The position numbers and the translations under genes are program-made. The notes under the pieces are model-generated. The model did not search any database. It saw only the letters and a list, made by a program, of their open reading frames with translations, and had not been told where the DNA came from. A stretch of 64,000 nucleotides of DNA from Gemmatimonadaceae bacterium (GTDB lineage Bacteria; Gemmatimonadota; Gemmatimonadetes; Gemmatimonadales; Gemmatimonadaceae): the NCBI GenBank assembly GCA_035273185.1, contig DATEPM010000180.1:105-64104 (forward strand), given 5' to 3'. Positions 57,290-64,000 of this stretch are shown here, piece after piece. Each line of letters begins with the position of its first letter. Position 1 is the first letter of the stretch.

Positions 57290-57741
57290 GCCCGCGATGC
57301 TCCCGCCGTGCCCGACTTGTAGCCCGGCGTCTCCCGGACCTTCTGCGGCGCATCCTCGTAGCGCGAGGCACACTTGGCCAGCAGCGTCGTCGCGCGAAAG
57401 GTGCCGTCGGCACCCATGCGGCCTTCCACCACCACGTCGACGCCGTCGGTGAAGGTGTCGGGCGCGATGCCGCGATACACCACCGGCAGAGTGTTCGCGC
57501 CGTCGGTCACGCGGAACGAGTACTCCCGGCCCCCAGGATCACGCTGGATCGTCCCCGGCACCACCCGCGCGCCCACCTTCACGCCTACGTCGCGGAAGCT
57601 GGGATCCGTCGCCAATTTTGCCGTGAACTCGGAGGGCGTCAGGAAGTACGTCCCGGTCTCACGGATGGAGCTGGCCATGAGATAGGCTGCAGGGATGAGC
57701 ACCAGCGCCCCGCCAATCAGAAACTTCGTTCTTGCCTTCAT
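57286..57741 (-). CDS. ccmE: heme chaperone CcmE, CxxxY variant
   Basis: N-terminal TM anchor, OB-fold blocks VKVGARVVPGTIQRD / VVVEGRM, and LLAKCASRYEDAP in place of the canonical AKHDENY. Confidence 0.9.
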   Translation of the reverse strand: MKARTKFLIGGALVLIPAAYLMASSIRETGTYFLTPSEFTAKLATDPSFRDVGVKVGARVVPGTIQRDPGGREYSFRVTDGANTLPVVYRGIAPDTFTDGVDVVVEGRMGADGTFRATTLLAKCASRYEDAPQKVRETPGYKSGTAGASRA

Positions 57742-57819
57742 CTCACCTTCATCGCCTCCGGCAGCCTATGCCACGCGCCGCGGCGCGAGCAGCCGGGAGG
57801 CACACGCCGGCCGCCTCCC

Positions 57820-58056
57820 TCAACTGGTCGGCCGCTCAGCAGCCAGCCGGCGCACGCGCGCCATGATGGCCTCGAGCTCCGCTTCGGCGCGCGCGCGCTG
57901 ATCGCCGCTCCACGCGCTCACGTTCCGGTTCATCTCCCGCACCCGCTCCAGCATCTCCTCGATCAGCCGCCGGAGCTCGGAGTTGGCCCGCCGCTCCTGC
58001 AGCGCCTCGGAGTCCGGTACGGCCGGCTGCGGCCCTCCCCCCGATGGTCGCGTCAT
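57820..58056 (-). CDS. small helical hypothetical protein
   Basis: 78-aa ORF, E/R-rich and predicted coiled-coil. No motif recognised. Confidence 0.4.
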   Translation of the reverse strand: MTRPSGGGPQPAVPDSEALQERRANSELRRLIEEMLERVREMNRNVSAWSGDQRARAEAELEAIMARVRRLAAERPTS

Positions 58057-58136
58057 ACCGTTCTCTGGCGGTTAGAGAATCCGATTCCGCTACCAAAAAC
58101 TCCCGCTCCCGTCCCTCGCCTCTCCCGATTGCGTAC

Positions 58137-58174
58137 CGCTCACGGCAGCAATATACGCTCACGGCAGCAATATA
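58137..58174. repeat. perfect tandem duplication, 2 x 19 bp (CGCTCACGGCAGCAATATA)
   Basis: Read directly at 58137-58155 and 58156-58174. Intergenic, 81 nt upstream of the 57820..58056 ORF. Confidence 0.9.
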
Positions 58175-58244
58175 ACGGAAAGCCGCGCTGAGGATCGCCG
58201 CCCAATATCGTCTGCGGGGAATGGTCCGCGAGATGACCCGAGGA

Positions 58245-58568
58245 TCAGCGAACCGAGTGCTGCAGTACGACGGTCGCCGCGACACCGCCCGCCAGGTCCC
58301 AGACCAGATCCCTGAGACTGACCCCGCCACCGGTCTTCGCGTCTCGGATCTCCTTTCCCACCCCCACGGCAACAGTGGTCGCGCTCGCCGCCCCCAGCGC
58401 CGCCCCGTGCGCCATGCCGCTCTCGCGGGCCGCGGAGTACGCCACGCTCTGCACGAATGCGGAGAGGAAGAAGTGCTTCGCCTTGTCCGCGGCAAACCAG
58501 CTGTCGCCTCCAGGATGATCCGCGGAGTGCGGCGCGTGCAGAGTAAAGACGAAGAGCAGTCGCAGCAT
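58245..58568 (-). CDS. DUF2279-like small secreted/lipoprotein
   Basis: MLRLLFVFTLHAPHSA signal, then ..FAADKAKHFFLSAF... ATG 58568 overlaps the UDG stop (ATGA). Confidence 0.45.
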   Translation of the reverse strand: MLRLLFVFTLHAPHSADHPGGDSWFAADKAKHFFLSAFVQSVAYSAARESGMAHGAALGAASATTVAVGVGKEIRDAKTGGGVSLRDLVWDLAGGVAATVVLQHSVR

Positions 58569-59218
58569 CAGGCCACGCTCCTGGTGCACGGCGTCCCGGC
58601 GATGACCGCGAGCTCCACGAGACGCCCGGCAATCAAGGCGAGGGCGCGGTCCAGAAGCTCGGGATGGTCTTCCTGGTGAATCCAGCTGCTGGCCCCCGAG
58701 GGATGCGGCAGCGGGATGACGGCCGACCCGCCGCCTGCATGCGAGATCGCATGCTCGCGGCCGATGACCTCATCCAGCGGCCGCGATCCGAGAAATCGCG
58801 AGATGGCCAGCCTGCCCACCGGGATCACCAGCCGCGGCCGGATGATGCGCAGCTCATCCTCCAGCCAGCTGCCGCAGCGCTCCTGCTCGGCGGGCGTCGG
58901 CACGCGGTCGCCGCGCCCGGAGGGGTTCGGCCCGGGGAAGCAGCGTGTGATGGCGGAGATGTAGATGCGCTCGCGCGCGCCGGCCTCGTCCAGGCCGGCC
59001 CGCGCGAGCCAGCGAAAGAGCGTCCTGCCTGCCCGTCCCGCAAATGGCTTCCCTCCCTCGCTCTCCACCCGGCCCGGCGCCTGGCCCACCAGCATCACAC
59101 GCGGTGCGCGTGCCGGCGAGATGATCGGGCGCACTCCAGCGCCGACGTCGCAACGTCTGCAGGCGGACAGCGCCGCACAGTGCGCTGCGAGGGCACGGGA
59201 GATGTCGCGTCTGCTCAT
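58568..59218 (-). CDS. uracil-DNA glycosylase superfamily protein (family 4/5-like)
   Basis: Motif A VMLVGQAPGRVESEGGKPFAGRAG and motif B IPLPHPSGAS. Trimmed from the track ORF. Confidence 0.78.
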   Translation of the reverse strand: MSRRDISRALAAHCAALSACRRCDVGAGVRPIISPARAPRVMLVGQAPGRVESEGGKPFAGRAGRTLFRWLARAGLDEAGARERIYISAITRCFPGPNPSGRGDRVPTPAEQERCGSWLEDELRIIRPRLVIPVGRLAISRFLGSRPLDEVIGREHAISHAGGGSAVIPLPHPSGASSWIHQEDHPELLDRALALIAGRLVELAVIAGTPCTRSVA

Positions 59219-59282
59219 TGGCCGTGGTTGCAGCGGCAGGGCTCGAGCTCGGGATTCCGCGGGATGATACCACTCGCGAGGC

Positions 59283-60773
<1,491 letters not shown>

Positions 60774-60803
60774 GCAGAGAAGCTAACGACAGCGGGCGTG
60801 GCA

Positions 60804-61859
60804 TCACGCCGCGCGCCTGGAGCGGCCAGTCGCGTGCTCGGCGTCCACCGGCCGCGGGCGGCGGCGCCGCTCCGGAAAGTGTCGGTCCAGAAAGGCGATC
60901 AGCGCGCGCTCCTCCGGAGAGTGCGCGAGCCCGCGATCGGGCGCCTCTCGCCGCCCGCGCCCCAGCGGAATGGTCTCCCCCTCATCCAGGTAGCGCGCGA
61001 GGACCATCGGATGCACGTACGACTTGCGGCAGATGGTCGGCGTGTTGCCGAGCTCCGACGAGACCAGCCGCATGGCCAGCGCCACGTTGCGCTTGCCCTC
61101 CGTTGGGCTCTTTGCCGCCCCCAGTTCCGCCAGCACCGTCGCGGCGCGTAGCGTGCCTCCCCAGGTGCGAAAGTCCTTGGCGCTGTACTGCGCGCCGAAG
61201 CGCTCGTGCAGAAACTCGTTGACGTCGCGTGCCGTCAGGTCGCGCCAGCCGACCTCGTCGCGGTAGCGGAAGAGCCGCGTGCCGGGCGTCCGCAGCTGGC
61301 GCGCCACCAGCTGCGCGAGCTCGCGTCCCACCAGCACCTGATGCTGCCGCTTGTTGCCCTTGCCCATGTACTCCAGGTGCACGCAGTCGGCCTCCACGTC
61401 CACGTGTGACTTGCGCAGCGTGGTCATGCCGAACGTGCCGTTCTCGCGGACATAGCGCTCGCCGCCCACGCGGCAGAAGCTCTCGCTGATGAGGCGGAGC
61501 ACGCCGGCCGCCACCGTATCGCGATCGGCGTCGCGCCGTGCGGCGAGCGACCGCAGCTCGCGGCGAATGCGCGGGAGCGCGCGGGCGAGCGCGCGCACGC
61601 GATAGTACTTGCGCAGCTCGCGTCGCTCGACCGCGAGATCGTTGTAGCGGTACTGCTTGCGCCCACGCGCGTCGAACCCCCACGCCTGGATGCTGCTGCG
61701 GGGCGTGGCGGCGACATGCACGTCGCGCCATGCCGGAGGCACACGCAGCGCGTCGATGCGCTCGAGCGTGCGCCGGTCGCGCACGGCCCGTCCCGTCTCG
61801 TCCACGTACCGGAAGCCGCTCCGTTTGCTTCCCAGCCGCCTAATCCAGTGTGTGGCCAT
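60804..61859 (-). CDS. type IB DNA topoisomerase (poxvirus/eukaryote-like bacterial TopIB)
   Basis: GFRYVDETGRAV....RIDALRVPPAWRDVHV....IQAWGFDARGRKQYRY... and the C-terminal CRKSYVHP (catalytic Tyr). Confidence 0.82.
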   Translation of the reverse strand: MATHWIRRLGSKRSGFRYVDETGRAVRDRRTLERIDALRVPPAWRDVHVAATPRSSIQAWGFDARGRKQYRYNDLAVERRELRKYYRVRALARALPRIRRELRSLAARRDADRDTVAAGVLRLISESFCRVGGERYVRENGTFGMTTLRKSHVDVEADCVHLEYMGKGNKRQHQVLVGRELAQLVARQLRTPGTRLFRYRDEVGWRDLTARDVNEFLHERFGAQYSAKDFRTWGGTLRAATVLAELGAAKSPTEGKRNVALAMRLVSSELGNTPTICRKSYVHPMVLARYLDEGETIPLGRGRREAPDRGLAHSPEERALIAFLDRHFPERRRRPRPVDAEHATGRSRRAA

Positions 61860-61937
61860 CGTTTGTGCGAGGTCGGCAAAAAGGAGACCGGAGCAGTAGG
61901 TTGTGGGGGCCCCCATCCCCCATAATTCTCCATTTCA

Positions 61938-62723
61938 ATGTCGTACTCGTTCCTCACCCTCGGCGTGAACGACCGGATCGCGACGATCACCGTGAACCGG
62001 CCGGACAAGCTCAACGCGCTCAACGAGGCCACCATCGCGGAGCTGGCGCGTGCCGTCGATGAGGCATGCGCGCGTGATGACGTGGCCGGGGTCATTCTCA
62101 CCGGGGCCGGACGCGCGTTCGTCGCCGGCGCCGACATCCACGAGCTCACGTCGTTGTCGGCCATCTCCGCGCGGGCGCTGGCGCAGCGCGGACAGGCACT
62201 GTGCCGCCGGCTCGAGGCCTCGACCAAGCCGACGATCGCTGCAGTGAACGGCTTCGCGCTGGGGGGCGGCTGCGAGCTAGCGATGGCGTGCCACATTCGG
62301 GTGGCCGCGGAGAGCGCCAAGTTCGGCCAGCCGGAGGTGAAGCTGGGGCTGGTGCCAGGCTACGGCGGCAGCCAGCGGCTGGCACGACTGGTCGGACGCG
62401 GGCGCGCGCTGCAGCTGCTGCTCACTGGCGAGACCATCGACGCGACCGAGGCGTACCGCATCGGCCTGGTGAACCGCGTGGTGGCCGGGGGAGGGGAACA
62501 GCTGTTGGCAGCCGCCACTGGCATCCTGCAGCAGATACTCATGAATGCGCCGCTCGCGATCGCCGGCTGCATCGCGCTCGTGAATCATGGGCTCGACGCC
62601 GCGCTGGAGGACGCGCTGGCGCTGGAGGCCACGGAGTTCGGTCTGCTCGCCGCCAGCGCCGACATGGCCGAGGGCACGCGGGCGTTTCTCGAGAAGCGCG
62701 CGGCGCGGTTCGAGGGGCGGTGA
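61938..62723 (+). CDS. enoyl-CoA hydratase/isomerase (crotonase) family protein
   Basis: ITVNRPDKLNALN...AGADI...AAVNGFALGGGCELAMACHIRVAAESAKFGQPEVKLGLVPGYGGSQRL. Confidence 0.9.
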   Translation: MSYSFLTLGVNDRIATITVNRPDKLNALNEATIAELARAVDEACARDDVAGVILTGAGRAFVAGADIHELTSLSAISARALAQRGQALCRRLEASTKPTIAAVNGFALGGGCELAMACHIRVAAESAKFGQPEVKLGLVPGYGGSQRLARLVGRGRALQLLLTGETIDATEAYRIGLVNRVVAGGGEQLLAAATGILQQILMNAPLAIAGCIALVNHGLDAALEDALALEATEFGLLAASADMAEGTRAFLEKRAARFEGR

Positions 62724-62727
62724 CCGC

Positions 62728-63930
62728 GTGACGAGTGCCGAGGCCAGCACGACGGTGCGTGCCGGCACGGACGGCGCCGCGCGACTCTGCGCGCTGTCGA
62801 TTCGCGACTTCCGCAATCTGCCGCACGTGGAGCTGGCGCCACCGGAAGCGGGCCTCGTCATCGTCGGCGAGAACGGCCAGGGGAAGACCAACCTGCTGGA
62901 GGCGATCTACTACCTGGAACTCGTGCGATCGGTGCGGGGCGCGCGCGACCAGGACCTGGTGCGCTTCGGCGCGCCCGGCTTTCACATCGCGGCGCGCGTG
63001 GAGAGCGATCGGGCGCGCGAGATCGCGGTGGGGTTCGAGCGCGCGGGCCGGCGCAAGCGCGTGCGCCTGGACGGCGTGGTATGCGAACGCCTGAGCGATG
63101 CCGTGGGCGCGCTGCCGGTGGTGATGTTCTCCCCCGCGGACGTCGAGCTGATCGCCGGGTCTCCCGCCGCGCGCCGGCGCTACGTCGACATCCTGCTCGC
63201 GGTCACCTCGCGCGCGTATCTCAACGCGCTGCAGCGCTACCGCTCCGCACTCGCACACCGGAACGCCGCGCTGCGCGATGCGGCCCGGCGCTCGGGGGGG
63301 AGGGTGCGATGGGGCGTTCCCGGCGATGCGCGAATCGCGGTTTGGGAGGCGCTGCTCGCCGAGCACGGGGCCGTCCTGTGGACCGAGCGGCGGGCGTGGA
63401 CAGAGCGCGTGGCCGCGCGATTCCAGCTGCTCTGCCGCGCCATCGGCGAATCCGGCCCGGTGATGCTGCGCTACGCCAGCGCGCTGCCCGCGGGCGTGGA
63501 CGCCTCCTCCGCGCGGGAGGCGCTCGCGGCGCAGCTGGAGCAGCAGCGCGCGGTGGACGTCCGGCGCGGCGTCACCAGCGCCGGTCCCCACCGGGACGAT
63601 CTCGTGGTCACGCTGGATGGCCGCGACCTGCGCATCTTCGGCTCGGCGGGCCAGCAGCGCACGGCGGCCATCGCGCTTCGCCTGCTGGAATCGGAGACGC
63701 TGCGCGAGCGCCGTGGTGGCGCGCCGCTCTTCCTGCTGGACGATCCCTTCGCGGAGCTGGACGCGCGGCGTTCCGCGCGCATCGTCGAGATGTTGGCGGA
63801 TACGGGGATCGGCCAGACGGTGCTGGCGGTCCCGCGGGCGAGCGACATTCCGAGCGGGGGCGGGCTGCCGCGGCTGGAGCGGCAGCGCATCGTGGCGGGC
63901 GAGCTGCACCCGATGGGCACGAGGGACTGA
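62728..63930 (+). CDS. recF: DNA replication/repair protein RecF
   Basis: GTG 62728. LSIRDFRNL....GLVIVGENGQGKTNLLEAIYYL (Walker A)...GSAGQQRTAAIALRL...LLLDDPFAELD. Confidence 0.9.
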   Translation: MTSAEASTTVRAGTDGAARLCALSIRDFRNLPHVELAPPEAGLVIVGENGQGKTNLLEAIYYLELVRSVRGARDQDLVRFGAPGFHIAARVESDRAREIAVGFERAGRRKRVRLDGVVCERLSDAVGALPVVMFSPADVELIAGSPAARRRYVDILLAVTSRAYLNALQRYRSALAHRNAALRDAARRSGGRVRWGVPGDARIAVWEALLAEHGAVLWTERRAWTERVAARFQLLCRAIGESGPVMLRYASALPAGVDASSAREALAAQLEQQRAVDVRRGVTSAGPHRDDLVVTLDGRDLRIFGSAGQQRTAAIALRLLESETLRERRGGAPLFLLDDPFAELDARRSARIVEMLADTGIGQTVLAVPRASDIPSGGGLPRLERQRIVAGELHPMGTRD

Positions 63931-63937
63931 GGCCGTC

Positions 63938-64000
63938 ATGGGCGATCACGATACGAGAAAGCGAAAGGCCGCAACGGACGATGCGAAGAAGCGTACGCCC
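63938..64000 (+). CDS. partial CDS (first 21 codons), possibly the DUF721-type gene often found after recF
   Basis: ATG 63938 gives MGDHDTRKRKAATDDAKKRTP... and runs off the window. The call rests on position only. Confidence 0.25.
   Translation, partial: MGDHDTRKRKAATDDAKKRTP

Overview
High-GC (roughly 65-70% by eye) bacterial chromosome segment. All function calls come from reading the translations and motifs by eye; no searches were run. The high GC combined with SusC/SusD pairs suggests a Gemmatimonadota-like lineage, but that is only an inference. Layout: (i) 1-10174 is foreign DNA, mostly on the plus strand. It ends in a tyrosine integrase and carries a RadC/JAB gene, a RarA/MgsA C-terminal domain with no ATPase module, several excisionase-type HTH genes, a phage replication-organizer-like gene, an HK97-type prohead protease homolog and a lower-GC lipoprotein gene. 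No capsid, portal, large terminase or tail genes are visible. (ii) rpsL-rpsG lie at 10240-11102 on the minus strand. The island sits where fusA-tuf normally follows rpsG. (iii) Two convergent SusC/SusD loci occupy 11598-22432. One SusC is interrupted by a single in-frame TAG. (iv) The classical array tRNA-Thr/Tyr/Gly/Thr - rpmG-secE-nusG-rplKAJL-rpoBC lies at 22680-35779 on the minus strand, but tuf is absent from its usual slot. (v) Housekeeping and accessory genes fill 35877-64000: cysS, DUF1611 plus an ABC-like ATPase, an AI-2E transporter, pspA, sdaAB/AA, uvrA, cutA, a TPR-macro-transglutaminase operon, an ABC exporter, a PQQ-type propeller, ccmE-F-H (CcmE carries a CxxxY heme-binding motif), a UDG-family gene, glpK, topoisomerase IB, a crotonase and recF. 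No rRNA or CRISPR array was seen. The best candidate for an undescribed system is the tightly coupled island operon at 694-3101 (unknown / RHH / RarA C-domain without ATPase / RadC-JAB / unknown). The second is the integrase-bounded 6.5-kb satellite-like module at 3692-10174.
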